From: Eledone cirrhosa
Taxonomy: Eukaryota
Reading direction: 5' to 3'
DNA length: 64,000 nucleotides
NCBI GenBank assembly: GCA_964016885.1
Contig: OZ024740.1
Coordinates: 416,144,001 to 416,208,000 of the forward strand
Part shown: one piece after another, positions 25,708-39,490 of the stretch
Layout: each line of letters opens with the position of its first letter
Numbering within the stretch: position 1 is the first letter of the stretch
Translations under genes and position numbers: made by a program
The notes under the pieces: generated by a model
What the model saw: only the letters and a program-made list of their open reading frames with translations
Databases searched by the model: none
What the model was told of the DNA's origin: nothing

Positions 25708-26011
25708 TATATATACATTTTACATACATACACATACTCAAATTGTTTGATAAAACTGAAAGTTGTTTGAAGTTTCATATATCTGAAACAAACTTTTACT
25801 ACATAGAAACTGGCTGACTTCCAAATAAGAGGACATTATTTGATTTTGTGGGATCTTCCAAATATATGCACACATACATACATACACTGATGATTACACA
25901 CACATAAATACACACACATACACACACTGATGATTACATACATATATACAAATACACACACACACCATACATGCCTACACAAATATGCATAAATACATAA
26001 AAACTTATATA

Positions 26012-26368
26012 TACTCTCAGGTCTTGAATAATCCCCACCCCCATTAGTTTTTCAGACCCCTCTTCCCCCGCTGCTTATTGAATTTTGGTTATCTATCTCT
26101 GGCAAAATTTTATTTTAAGTGGTAGCATTCCTGCAGCAATTAATTTTCTTTAGATATTAAAAAACAAATACATTACAAGAAATTCCATACATTATGAAAT
26201 AAATAGGAATGGTCAGGGTCTCAATATGTAAACTAAATGACTAATTCTGGTTTTTCAAAAATCACCAGAGACATCCTAGGAAAACTACCAATTTTCTAAC
26301 CCCCTTCCCACTTATTCCAACTCCCTTGCTTACTCCAACCCACTATTATTATTTGGGACCCAAGAGTA
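26012..26368 (+). mobile_element. TA-flanked MITE (TACTCT... ends); second copy ~37935-38333 (-)
   Basis: Imperfect TIR TACTCTCAGGTCTTGAATAA / TTATTTGGGACCCAAGAGTA; shared interior GGTCTCAATATGTAAACTAAA.GACTAATTCTGGTTT. Confidence 0.7.
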
Positions 26369-28664
26369 TATACGCAATCTACATACATAAGTACATTTTA
26401 TAGATATCTTATGATAAAATTGAAAGTTGGATGAAGTTTTTTATTTTTCATCTAAGCAATGTTATGATAGAACAGATTTTTAAATGACAGGAAATTTTAA
26501 AAAGCATTTAAAAAATATTGACATAATTTATTATATCCGGGGATCTTGGGGAAAAAAGCTGATTTTATCCTCATTATGACTGGCCATCAGTCTTGAGCCT
26601 TGGGAAATGTAAATATGGAATTATGCATCAATTGACAGGCAGCTCTGTCAAACTCAAGGACTCAAATGGGTCATTACATCCTAGAAGAGAGGCACAGTGG
26701 GCTAAAGGTTAGATGAGTTGGAGACATGATTTCCACCAGTTATAAAGCTAATCTGCAATATAGCTGATAGGCTGCTATTTATTTTCTTCATCAAAATAAA
26801 TACACATATGATAGTAAGCGAGATGTGCGAATTAGTACAAAATGTAGGGGAAGAAATTTTCCGTGTCAAATTTTCTTTAATTAGTCAAGAAAATTGTTCT
26901 GTTGCAGGCCATTGAAAAATAGTTTGCGGGCAGCGTGTTTGAAACTCCTGGTCTAAAGACTAAGTGTATATTGTATAACTTAGCAAAAATAGTTTTCTTG
27001 TATAATTTTTCAAGGAATTATAACCATCTGTATAAGTGTTTCCTCTCTCCCTCTCTCTCACACATGTACTGTCCACAACTATATTTGTCATTTAGAGGCC
27101 CAGGGTGAAAATAATCAATTTCTAATTATAAATTAATTAAATACTGCCTATTAAGATTGATAGCATATTATTATGAGCTTCATATTGCTATATTTTCTCA
27201 TAGGTTTGTCACCATGTGTACAGTTTCTGCTGAATATAGCTGAACACATTTTTAGGAAAGGATAAAGAAAATACTATTGATGATTTTATCTTCATAAATA
27301 GGGATGTGTGAATGTAATCCTTTCAACAACTCTCATATAGATGGCAAACTTTTAGGATAAGAACAAAGAATGTCAGTTTGGCATTTTGTTTTTAGCTATT
27401 TTATTAGTTATTCCAGGTGGCAAATTGGCAGTCATTAGAACGTCAGATAGAATGCTTTGCTGTATTCATTCCAACTCTCTACTCCTTGAGTTCAAATCAC
27501 GCTGAGGTCAACTTTTTCTTTCATTCATTTAAGGTTGACAAAAATGTACCAGTCTTGTACTGGGGTCATTTTTTCCTTTATTTTTCTTTCTCACTTCTAT
27601 TCTCTCGTTCTCTATTCTTCTCTGGAAGAAATCTGCTGTATTCAGACCTGGAGAGGAGATGGGCTCCGCCTGCTCTGCCATAGAAACGCTGTATGTCAAT
27701 ATGGCATCTCCATGATTCCCTCAGGATTTAGGGGTCCATACATACATTAGTTATTCAGAACATAGGTTTAGTTTATGTGGAGAAATGTGAAAGGTGGTAC
27801 TTTAAGCAATGTTCTTGATTGTGAAAGAAGTACTGATATTAAAATATTTTCTGGTTAGAAATAATTTCTATATTGGGAGAATGACTTAGCAGTTTTTATT
27901 ATGTTGAATAACCTAAATAGTAGTTAAAATTATTTTTACATACTTTTTTTTTTTTTTTTTTTAAAATAAAGAAATTTGTTTCTAAGCTTTTATTTTAATT
28001 TTATGACATTATAGTGACAACAAATTATATACTGTTAATGTCATGTTCCTGATTCACAATGGACTCTTCTGTAGACTAGTTCATACATAAGCTAAAAACT
28101 ATTTTTATTCTTTTAACATTTAATGATTTAGTAAAAAATATTTTAAAACAGGTTTGTTAATTCAAATGTTTATAGTATTTTTCCCGGTGAAAAAATCATT
28201 GTGAAAATTTGCAGTAAACTAAAATGAAGACTTTAATGTTCAATGTAATGCAGATATAGTTCTGTTTTGTATTTGTCAAGAATATCTTGCTAATGAGGTT
28301 TTGTGAGGTACAGGACGTTTAGAGTTAAAAGAAAGTGCAGAGTGACTTTTATACACTTCTCTATAGCGTGCCTTTAACACTGTATCCTTTAGTAAACTTG
28401 GAAAATATGTATATATATATATTTTTCTATGTCTATGTACAAACTTTTTAGCTATTTTGAGTATGTGTGTAAATGTGTGTGACGTCCAAACGAGTGTCTA
28501 ACTATCTTATTCTCTGCCTCTTGGTCCCGGTTGACCGACAGGATGGAGAATATATTGCCCCAGAGGATGGCGAAGGGGACATGTTAGAACAGCTACTCCA
28601 CCTCACAGGGCTTTCATCTTTGGGCAGCCAACTGTGGGCAGCTCTGATAGCAGTGAGTAGGGTT

Positions 28665-28932
28665 GTGCTGTAAAGTGGTTGTGTAGATGTCACGACAAAA
28701 AGCTCCCAGTACACACTGTAAAGTGGTAGTTTTTGGTGTCACCATATAAAGCACCCAGTTCACACTGTAAATGTGGTTGGTGATAGGAAGGGCATCCAGC
28801 TATAGAAACCAAGCCAGAAACGGTTCTATATGAAGACAGAATCATCTGATCTGACTTGACTCACAATGGGACAACCCATCTAACCCATGCTAGCATGGAA
28901 ACATGGACATTAAACGGTGATGATGATGATGA
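28665..28932 (+). mobile_element. RTE-tailed SINE remnant with repeated 48-bp module; relative ~36410-36780 (-)
   Basis: CACACTGTAAAGTGG...AAAAGCACCCAG units, then GAAGGGCATCCAGC...CCATGCTAGCATGG...(TGA)n. Confidence 0.75.
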
Positions 28933-30208
28933 CATTGCATTCTACGCCACAGTTTTTAGAATGTAGAACTGAACCAAGTTTATAATATAGACTATATTGT
29001 CACTTATTTTAACTAACTTCATTATAGTTTTGAACATCTAACATTATAGTTTTGAACATCTAACATTATAAACATGCATAAACATTGCTTTATTACAAAC
29101 TAAATCCTACATGATGATGATGATAGCTTTCAACATGCCTCATGTCATTTTTGTTTTGTGATTCAAACATTTTACAATCTAATAAATATTATAGTAAATG
29201 CTATTTTGTTGAGCTCATCCTCTACAAAGTCATAAATTTAGTATGTTAACAGCTTTAGTAATTATACATTTATATATAATTGTCATCTTATTTGTGCAAC
29301 ATTATTACTATACCATTAATTACACATATTTCTAAAATATTGTTCTTTTAGAAAATGTTTCTAGGTTAAGTTCAGGTTGAATTAACATTACTCCATGTAT
29401 ACTATATTTCCATGGTAAAGGCTTTACCTCCCATGATTATATCCCATAATATCGAATCTGAGATTTTGATATTTATTTTGAGAACAATACCTTAACAGTA
29501 TGAGTGGCTGGTTACAACAGGTGAGAGAATTCTGGCCAGATGCATCCGGTTTAAATGCTAAAGGGTTAAGTAATACTGGTCACAGTAATCATTCTTTAAT
29601 AATAGCCCCTAGTCTGATAATGTGTAGGGTAGTTTATAATTTCTGTAAAAATAAAGTTTTACTCATAAGGTTAACAAAAAATTGGATTCCTTGTTTCCAA
29701 TGAAATTCAAAAGGTTAAGTAATACTTTCCATATCATCACTGTATGTTAATCCCATCTATGTTATGTAAAGTCATTTAAAATTAGACATCCCAAATTCAT
29801 ACTTTAATGTTTGTTCATTTTGGAGGGATTGTATGGTGTTAGAAAGTGCAGTGCAGTGCACTCTCGCACATGCACTCTCATGCATGCACCCACATATATA
29901 CACTCACACAGATACATTGTAACAATTTCTTTGTTCATTGTATTTAACAGTACAACAACATATATTTAATATTGACAACATATGGAGTGAACATGTTTGA
30001 TTTTGTCTTCTATTTTTAGTTTTTGTTTAACCCTTTAGCATTCAAACCGGCTGTATCCGGCCAGAAATGTCTCACCTCTTTCTGTTCAAATCGGAAACTC
30101 ATACTGATGTTAAGGTATTGTTCTCAAGATAAATAACATCAAAATCTCATAGATTCAATATTATATGAGATAATTATGTAAGATAAAGTGTTTACTACCA
30201 AAATACAA

Positions 30209-32146
30209 TCTTTATATATATAAAAACGAGGATACGTGTGTGTCTGTGTACAACTTTGGATACCTAAGGCTTTTGCAATTACCAACCGAATTTGACCAAA
30301 TCTTCTGGGCACGTTGCACAGGTCGCTAAGATGGTCACATCACAAAACATTTTCCAATCGACCCACGTAGAGCAATAAAAAATCGATATCAAAATTGATG
30401 TAAGAGAGATAACCAACTTTATTGACAATCCTTATAAAAAAAAAAGGGAGATAACCAAATTTATTGACAATCCTTATAAAGAGAGTGAGATATGGAGACC
30501 TTCGTTTTCAATTTTAAAACAACAATCATCGTCGGACGAAATTTCAGAAATATAAACATCAGAGTCATTTGAAGATAAATCACTAATATTATCGTTTGTT
30601 TCTTGTTTATTCTTTGTTGCACTTTCAAAGTTAAAAAAACACTTGTGTTTTAACTTGTTTCACTATATTAAGTGTTCATTTTCGCGCTAAGGGCCTAATC
30701 TCGCAGCAGTCTCGAATTGACGAGATTTTGATGATGGTTTGTTTATTTTTAGAACAATCGTTATGGGCCTTTCCATTCAAACCATTGGGACCTACAGCTT
30801 TTACATTTTTAAAACTTTCATAAGCCATGTTGATACAAAAAAAATTTGTTGCACTTTTAAAGTTAAAAAAAATACTTGTTTAACTTTTTTCACTATATTA
30901 AGTGTTAATTTTCGCGGTAAGGGCCTAATGTCGCAGCAGTCTCGAATTGACGAGATTTTGATGATGGTTTGTTTAATTTTAGAACAATCGTTATGGGCCT
31001 TTCCATTCAAACCATTGGGACCTACAGCTTTTACATTTTTAAAGTAATTTCGTCCACATTTGAGGCAGGAATTATTTATGCTTCCAGCTGTATTCGTACA
31101 CATCAAACTTTTTTGACAATGAAGGAACATACTGAACAGGATTCTTCCTGGATGTCCACGGATATATAAATCTATTGATACTGTATGTGATCCACAGGAT
31201 GTGGTCAACTATCCAGTTGAATTTCTAAATTCTTTAAATCCTCCTGGTTTACCTCCTATTACATTGGTTCTGAAAGAGGGAACGCCAGTTATTTTGCTGA
31301 GAAATATCACTCCTCCAAAACTATGCAATGGTACACGCCTTGTGGTTAAAAAACTGTCTCCACTTAGTATTGACACTACCATTCTATCCGGATGTGGAAA
31401 AGGCAAGGATGTGATAATAACAAAAATTAGTCTGTCTACATCAGGCGTGGATACTCCTTTCGCCGAACCCAATTTCCCCTTCGTGTTGCTTTTGTGATGT
31501 CCATAAACAAGTCGCAAGGTCAAACTCTGTCCGTCACTGGAATTCACTTGGATGAACCTTGCTTTTCGCATGGACAATTCTACGTTGCCTGCTCACGAGT
31601 TGGCAGTCGAGATAATCTCTTTGTGTTTGTTCCGAAAAGAAAAAAGAATATCGTCTATCCTGAAGTGCTTTAGTGTTAACAAAAAAACTTATTACAGCTC
31701 TGCCTTGACTTCACCTTACTCATTACAAAACATGCCAATGTCGTGCAGGATATTTTGGATTATAAGTTCAAAATTTAACCATACACATAAAGGATGCTCT
31801 CAAAGAATAGATTATCTCTTATTCTACTCTTTGTTTTTTTTGTTTGTATACAGCTCTGCTTTCATTACAACTTTTTGTACTTTAGCAAAACTGCCTGTTT
31901 TTTTACAGATTGGCAACGTGTATTGTCTTTAATCATTTGTATAACTACACCCTGTTCAGTGTTTTCCTTCATTATCAACATAGTTTTATGTGTACAAAGA
32001 TTGCACTAAATATTCGTTTTCATTAATTATTGAAGACTTCTGCTTATTTTGACAGGTTGGGGACAAATAATGTTCTTCTTTTACTTCCTAGCTGTATATT
32101 CTTAGCATAATTTCAAACCCCGAGCAACGCCGGGTAAATCTGCTAG
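30209..32146 (+). mobile_element. 1.9-kb defective Helitron
   Basis: TC start, hairpin CCCGAGCAACGCCGGG, CTAG end, A|T target, internal ~230-bp duplication and helicase remnant. Confidence 0.93.
31120..31673 (+). pseudogene. Helitron RepHel PIF1-family helicase C-terminal remnant (frameshifted)
   Basis: NYPVEFLNSLNPPGLPP...VILLRNITPPKLCNGTRLVV, a frameshift near 31460, then QFPLRVAFVMSINKSQGQTL...CFSHGQFYVACSRV...NIVYPEVL*. Confidence 0.93.
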
Positions 32147-32732
32147 TAGTAAATATAGAGTAATGTGAATGCTAAAAGGTTAATAGGCTGTTTCCTGTGT
32201 GTTATGAGAGGCAAATAAAAGGGTTGGCATCAGGAAGGACATAAGGCTGTAAAACATTCTTAGAACATTCCATCCAGCCTGTGCCAACATGAAAATGTGG
32301 ATGTAAAAATGATGATGACCATGTCAAATATTTCTTCTGATTACATAAAGAATTGGAAGCGAGGGCTTATTGAAGTTAGCCCTACTTGTGTAATTTTCAA
32401 TCTAAAATCAAATCTCCTTGATTAAAGAGTTCTCTCTCCAAAATGGAGACCATGTTTATGTCTCAAATATTAAAGCATACTTCTGAATTAAAGACTGGAT
32501 GTTAATGGATAGAAATGCTAATTGATACATTTTTTTAGATTAGCACCCCCCTCCACCAATGTCTGTTCAAACAAAGTTGAATGGGGTTAACCAAACAATA
32601 GTTCATGTATTGGTGCCAAGTCTATCCTTTAATTTTTTCTGATCTTGGCGTAGCACAAAGTGGACTATAAATAATTGATCTTAGTAACTTAATTATAGTT
32701 TGTTGTCTACATAAAGATGTATGGTCAAAATA

Positions 32733-32940
32733 ATGGTTTCTGATTTAGGCACAAGGCCAGCAATTTGGAGGAAGAGGAAAGTTGATTAAATCGACCCCAG
32801 TGCGGGACTGGTACTTTATTTTATCAAAGCCGAAAGGCTGAAAAGCAAAGCTAACCTTGACGGGATTTGAACTCAGAATGTAAAGGACCATAACTCTATG
32901 CCACAAAGCATGTTGTCTGACGCTCTACTGATACTGCCAT
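32733..32940 (-). mobile_element. OK-like SINE
   Basis: Reverse complement of the family consensus seen elsewhere in the window. Confidence 0.85.
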
Positions 32941-33399
32941 GTATGGTTAAAATAATGTTGAACTTGTAATGAAAAGAATAAGATATTATAAAACAGCGAG
33001 TGCAATACTCTACCACTAACTCACCACTGTTAATTTAATGGTTAAAAATTATAGGTTTTTTAAATGATGGAAGGTTTTGCTAAAGATTTAAACAGCTAGA
33101 TAAAATGTAATTCTATAATTTTGTTGAAGATAGCTAAAAAATGTCCCAAACCTTTCAAAATATTTTCAACTTTGAATAATATTCCATCTAAAGACTTTAT
33201 TGGAGTGTGAAGCAAATAAGATAAAGAGGTTGATAATAGATATGTACAACAGTCAACAAAGTAATAAATATGAATGGCTTATTTGATTTGTGAAATTACT
33301 CATGTTAAGAGGTAGGTAAACAAAAGAAGTACTTCATATGTAATTATAGTTTAGCTGTTAAAGTGACATTCAAACAAGTATTCTCCACCACCAACTCAC

Positions 33400-33690
33400 T
33401 TACCCTCCACCAGGGGGTCCCGGCTGACAGGATAGAGAATGCATTGCCCTGGAGGATGGTGAGGGAGAGGCACTGAAACAGCCACTCCACCTTGCAGAGC
33501 TCGTACCTACAGGCGGCCAACTCTATCCCAATAGCAGTGAGTAGGGAATGTGGCCCGACGGCCAAGTACACAGACCTATCCGAGAGTGGCTGATACTTGG
33601 AAAGTTTGTCTTCTTTGGATTGGTGGGCAGCAGAGCCTGGGCTGGTATACAAATGCACCAGGTTGCCACTTGAGTAGGTGTCACAGTATT
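33400..33690 (-). mobile_element. CRE-like LINE endonuclease fragment
   Basis: TSPGSAAHQSKEDKLSKYQPLSDR...VEWLFQCLSLTILQGNAFSILSAG. Confidence 0.72.
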
Positions 33691-36600
33691 TTGAGCTCAG
33701 TTTAAGTCGAGGACAGTTTTACCAGTCACTATTCTAAGGTTAATAAAATGTAATCAGTACAGGAAAGGTTAAATTAAATCAACTCTTTGGTAATTTGAAC
33801 TTGGATCTAATAAAGATCAAAGTAAATACTGCAATGTATTTAGCCTGGTATTAACTGTCTTGTTAATCAGGATTTGATAAGTTTTCTTAGTTTAAAATAA
33901 AAAAAAGAAAATGGGTTGCATTAAAAAATGTCTTCATTTGTTTCCTTCAATGTGCATCAACTACTTATATCAGTTGCTGTAGGTTACTCTAGTAACAACT
34001 AAAACTACTTAAGAAACATCTAATTATAAGTGGCTACTAGTTTGCATCTCTCAGTTTAGCTTCTTCTTACATCTTCAGTTGTCAATTGCCACCATCAAGG
34101 TGGTTAGTTTGAACCTACTTTTACAGTGATCTTTCTTTCTACAGTAACACTCAGTAACTGGTAGACATAGGTTGTTCTTTTCCTGTATACTTGTGCCTCA
34201 ACTAAACTGTAATATTGACATTTAAAGCAGCACAACAATCTTCTAGAGTGAAAAGTAATTACCACACTGAATGTTTTACTTTTTTATATGTTTAAAAAAA
34301 TAGATTTTGTGTGTTTGTTTCTGGAGTACAGAAGTCAAAGAAGAGACTGCTTGACTGTAGTAGAGTTCAAAAGTCAAAAACTGGGATTTGCTTTGCAACC
34401 ATGAAGCCCTGAATTTGACATTACTGCTTAGAATCTTGGGCAAGTGTCTTTTCTTTTACCACCTCCTCAGGTTGGCCTCTTCTGAGTAAAATTGGGTTGA
34501 TAGAAATTGTAGCAGATCATTAGTTGGATTGTACCTGTAATTCAAATGTCCAACAATGTCACATATTGTTTCATGTTGGTTTAGCTTGTGTAGAGGCATG
34601 TGGCCTAGTGGTAAGGGTGTTGGACTTACAATCATAATGTCATAAGTTCAATTCCTGGACTGGGTTGTGTTCTTGCGCATTGCTGAAGTATACTCAGCTG
34701 AAAATGAGTACCAGCAATAGCTGGGGAGTTTAACCCTGTGATGGATTGGCATCCTGTCCGGTGGAGGGGGAGTCTTGTACTCTCAGTTGCTTAACACCAC
34801 AGAAACTGAGATAAGCACTGGCCTGACGAGCCTCCTAGCTTGAGACAGACTTTAGACTTAGACTTGTTTGACTTGGGAATTACATTAAGGGTATACCTGT
34901 CCATAGAATAATACTCAGTTTCTTACACATTGAGTAGGTAACCCAGTTGATTAAACAACTGAGTGCTCATATTCAATACGAATTGAGAATCCAGTCAACA
35001 CTAATGCTGTAAAAATTAGTTTGAGTTTAAGCTGTAAGTTTGGAATTATCTATAAACTGTGTTGGATTACACTCAGTTTTGTCCATCTTCTTTTTGTGTA
35101 GTTATTTCATGAATGAGATCTGTCTTTATTTCATGTTATAAAATAAAAATACTGACAATAAATCAATTCATAGTTGTATAAATATTAAAAATATTGATGG
35201 AAATAGGAAAGAAAAAAAAAAATGATAAAAACAAAACCAATGGACATAAAAATAAAAGCAATGAATAGAGGTAAGGAAGGGCAGACCTAACTGTATAGGA
35301 ACATAGGAGAAAGGGCTATAAATGCCATAAATGAGAGGAAAAGAAGGGGAAAAGCAAGGACTATGAGGCTATGGAAGAAAGAGGAAGGGGAGAAGGTGAT
35401 GGGCTCTATGCCTGGGGTGGGGCAGTGTTTGGGCAGTGTCTTGAGGACAAAACTGCAAAGGCATTTTTGCAGATAATGGCCAGAGAGACCTGCTGCAACG
35501 GCTACTCCACCTCACAGGGCTGCTGACAATCCGATTTTACAGAGGAGCTCAGAGGTACAGGGTTCAAGGATGCCTGAGGTCTTGATGGTAACCAGTGTGA
35601 AGGAGTGGTTTAAGAAATAGGTGGTTACATTCAGCATATATTTTTCCTATAGTTTTAATGTATTTTAGTTGCTACATTTTAGCAATATCTTTTTTATTAT
35701 AGGCACTGACTTTAGCAATTATATAAGATCTTTTCCACTCTCTGCTTTTTAAAAGATTTTAAACCAATAATTAACATGGAAAATTAAAGTGAGGTGGGCT
35801 TCTTTTTCTTTTTGAATTCATAACTCCTGAGGGAGTCAGAGGGCAACTGTTGACATATGGCATTTCTAGAACATCTTTTAAAAACCTGGTGGAGCCCATC
35901 TCTCTCCAGGTATGAATACAGCAGATTTCTTCCAGAAAAGGATAGAAAGGGAGTGAATAGAATTGAGAAAAAGATATAAAGTAAGAATTGACCCTAGTAC
36001 ATGACTGGTACTTTTTTTTTTATCGACATTGAAAGCTGAAGTTGACCTCGGTGGGATTTGAACTTAGAGAGCAGAGAGCCAAAATGATGACTCTGCCAAT
36101 TCACTGCCTGAGGAGGGCTTCAGATGTCAGATAATTGATCGAGATGTATATAGATATGTTGTATTGCAGAAGAGAAATGGTGCATGTTATTTTGAAAGTC
36201 TTTTTAATAGCTGATGTGTATACTTGATGTGTATCTCTGACTGAATTTTGTTGTGCTTGTTATTTGATATTTTTGTTGAAATTGAATATAAGTGATAAGA
36301 CTGAATTGTGATGTTAGATTTATAATTACAAAGACAGTAAATTGCCCTACCACCACCACCAATGCTATCACCACCACTACTACCACCACCACCACCACCA
36401 CCACCTTCATTCATCCATTTTCCATGCTAGCATGAGTTAGACGGGTTTTCCCATTTGTGGCAAGTCAGGTCAGGTGACTGTCTTGCTCATATAGAACTGT
36501 TTCTGGCTAGGTTTCTGTGGCTGGATGCCCTTCCTAAATGCCCACCATATTTACAGGATGCTGGGTGCTTTTTGTCATGACTCTTACATGATCACTTTAT

Positions 36601-38748
36601 AGTGTGGGCTGGATGCTTTTTGGTTGTGACACCAAATTGACCACTTCAGTGTCGGCTGGGTGCTTTTTGTTGTGACTCCTACATGACCAGTTTACAGTGT
36701 AGGCTGACTGTTTTTTGTCATGACACCTACACGACCACTTTACAGTGTGGGCTGGGTGCTTTTTTGTTGTGATACCATACTTGAATGTAAATAAATTCAC
36801 AACAAACCAAAGCTATCCACAAACTCAAGCAAACATAGTACATAAACCTATCCCCCCCCCCCCCCCACACACACACACCACAGTATTACTGCACACAACC
36901 CTACTTTTATGACATATGAGTTATCTTGGATGTTTTTTAAAAAAATAATATGGCTATTAAAAAAAAATTCATATCTTCATTGTTTTTTTAAAAATCACTC
37001 TCTGCCTAGCAGAATAATTCATATTTTTTAATATAGCATTTTCTAGCATGCATAGTCTTCTTTGTTTATTACTAGAGCAAAATATTGATTTTGTTCTTTT
37101 AGGCTGATGGCCAATTTTTGTTGGAGAAGTGGGATGGTTGTTTGAATTGACCCAGTGTACTTGTTTATCCAACAGGATTTGAATTATTGCAAAAACAAAA
37201 ACAACTGTTATGAGTCAAACATCAAAGACCATAACCAACAAGTTTTAGAATATTGAATTAGTCACTATTTGAAAGGATTTCCCTTCTCATTTTCCCAATC
37301 TATATTGTTTTAACTATTTAGGGGGGAAATGTTTTGCATTCAATATAGCCTCTGTATCTGCTATTTGTGTTATTGTGGTTAATAATTAATTGAAATTGTT
37401 GTTATAGGGCAATTCTCAAAGCAGTAGTTAAAAATAGTTTTTGAACACTGCTATAATTACCAGTTCTGCATTATGATCATGAAAATTAAAGCAGAAATGG
37501 ATAAAAAAAAAAGAATAAATTGCAGCTTTAATTTCATATATGCAGGTAATTTTATCAAAATTGTTCCAGGAATTTAGAGTTGCCTTGTATTTTCATATAC
37601 AAAAAGTACTATATTTTTGGAAACAAAGTGGAAGTACTTGGCTCATAGCTTGTAGCAGTATTTTCTATGGAAAAATTAGTGTGAAGAGTTAGTTAAAATA
37701 ACCCATGCTACTGTGGAAAATGAACTTTAAATGATGATGGTGTTGATAAATCCCTCTGGTGCTTAATTCTCTCAACACACCTGTTTTTCACTGTTCATGG
37801 AATTACATATTCAGCAGAGATTATTTGCCTCATTTCTTTCCTTCTTTCCATCTTTTCCACATCCTCTGAATTCAATATCCATGTCTTGCTACCATATCAT
37901 AATAAGTAAATTTAGCTCTGTTACATTGATGGTTACTGTTGGGTCCCAAATAATGGGGGGGGGGGGATGAAATACGTCAAGTGAGGGGGTTGGAATATCG
38001 GTAATTTTTCTAGGTCGTCTCCGTTGATTTCTTTTTTTTTTCTTTTTACAAACCAGAATTAGTCGTTTAGTTTACATATTGAGACCTCAACCCATTCTAG
38101 CTATTTTATAATATATGGGATTTCTAGTAATGTACTTTTTTGTCATGTTAATATTTTTTAATGTATAAAGAAAATAAGCTACCACTTAAAATAAAATTTT
38201 GCCAGAGATAGATTAGCAAAATTTAATAAATGAGGTGGAGGTTGGGATAAGAGTGTGTGTGTGTGTGTGTGTGTGTGGAAAAAAATCTGATAAATTAACA
38301 AGCGGGGTGGGGGGTTATAAAGACCTGAGAGTAGTAAGCAAGTTGGCTGGCTGGCTTTCTGGTGTTTGTATTGCAAATAAGTTCAATTACATAACGAAAA
38401 TTCCATTAACCTGGCTCACATTTCAATCTTTTGTAATATAGCTATAATCTCTCTATCAGATATCTCTCTATCAGATATCTCTCTATCAGATATCACGTAA
38501 CTGGAAACTTATGTTGTTCGTCTGTAATCCTTGTTATTGGTCATAAATGTTTTTTTGTTGTATATCAACATCCTAATGAAACAATTATTTGTTCAGTGCA
38601 GTTCGATGTTTCCATACAAGTATACCAACACCACAAACATGAGAGCTATTATTACTCAGAATATTGGCAGTGGATTGGCAGTATTGGTAAAGTGTTAGGT
38701 ACGGCCCTTAACGTTCTGAGTTGAAGTCAAGTACCTGATAAACTCTTA

Positions 38749-38964
38749 TCAATTCTGTAGACTATACCTTTGTTCCTTACAAACAAACACCAAAAAGCCA
38801 TCAATTGAAATCATTGTTTAATTTAGATTTAATAGGAGGCAGAGTTAAATAGAATTCTGTCTGTGAAATAGGATAGAATTAAATGTTAGTGTTGCAAAAC
38901 GAAAAAATAATATTGAAATAAATTATGTTAATATCACTTACTAACTACGGTGTTGGACAACATG
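38749..38964 (+). repeat. ~215-bp direct duplicate of 41408-41619
   Basis: TCAATTCTGTAGACTATA...GGTGTTGGACAACATG at both sites with scattered substitutions. Confidence 0.9.
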
Positions 38965-39297
38965 AGCAGCATAGAGTTACGGCCCTTTTCGTTCTGATTT
39001 CAAATCTCATTGAGGTTAGCTTTGCCTTTCATCCTTACAATGTTGATAAAACAAAGTACCATTAATGCACTGGAGTCGATTTAATCAACTTTCCTCTCCC
39101 TTCAAATTGTTGACCTTGTGCCTAAATCAGATTGGCAGTATCGGTAGAACATCAGACACCATGGGATAGTTGCTGGCCTTGTGCCAAAAGTATAAACAAT
39201 TATTAGTCAGAATATCTTATAACTTATCTTCCGTCAGGTTCATCTACCTTTTAACCTTATTTATATTACAAGCAAAATCTTGCTTATATTGAAATAT

Positions 39298-39490
39298 AAC
39301 CCCCCGCCCTATCATTTACATATCAATACTAGCTGAACAAGGAGAGGTGAATAGTAGAAATATAGCCCCCCCCCTCTCATTTACATATCAATACTAGCTG
39401 AACAAGGAGAGGTGAATAGTAGAAATATAGCCCCCCCCTCTCATTTACATATCAATACTAGCTGAACAAGGAGAGGTGAATAGTAGAAAA
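39298..39490 (+). repeat. ~65-bp minisatellite x3
   Basis: (C)nTCTCATTTACATATCAATACTAGCTGAACAAGGAGAGGTGAATAGTAGAAA. Confidence 0.93.

Larger units (their letters stand above)
30027..32183 (+). mobile_element. piggyBac-like MITE split by a Helitron insertion
   Basis: Left part 30027-30208 and right part 32147-32183 rejoin to AAATACAA|TAGTA.ATATAGAG, as in the intact copy at 18570. Confidence 0.9.

Noticed and set aside
25135-25770. Longest ORF in the track (211 aa, +)
   Set aside because: It runs antisense through a mariner remnant and (CA/TA)-rich simple sequence, with no recognisable domain.
31201-31497. Host PIF1 helicase gene
   Set aside because: Intronless, frameshifted and enclosed by Helitron termini.
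37100-37260. Possible exon after TTTTGTTCTTTAG
   Set aside because: Frames close quickly with no ArfGAP or PH similarity.
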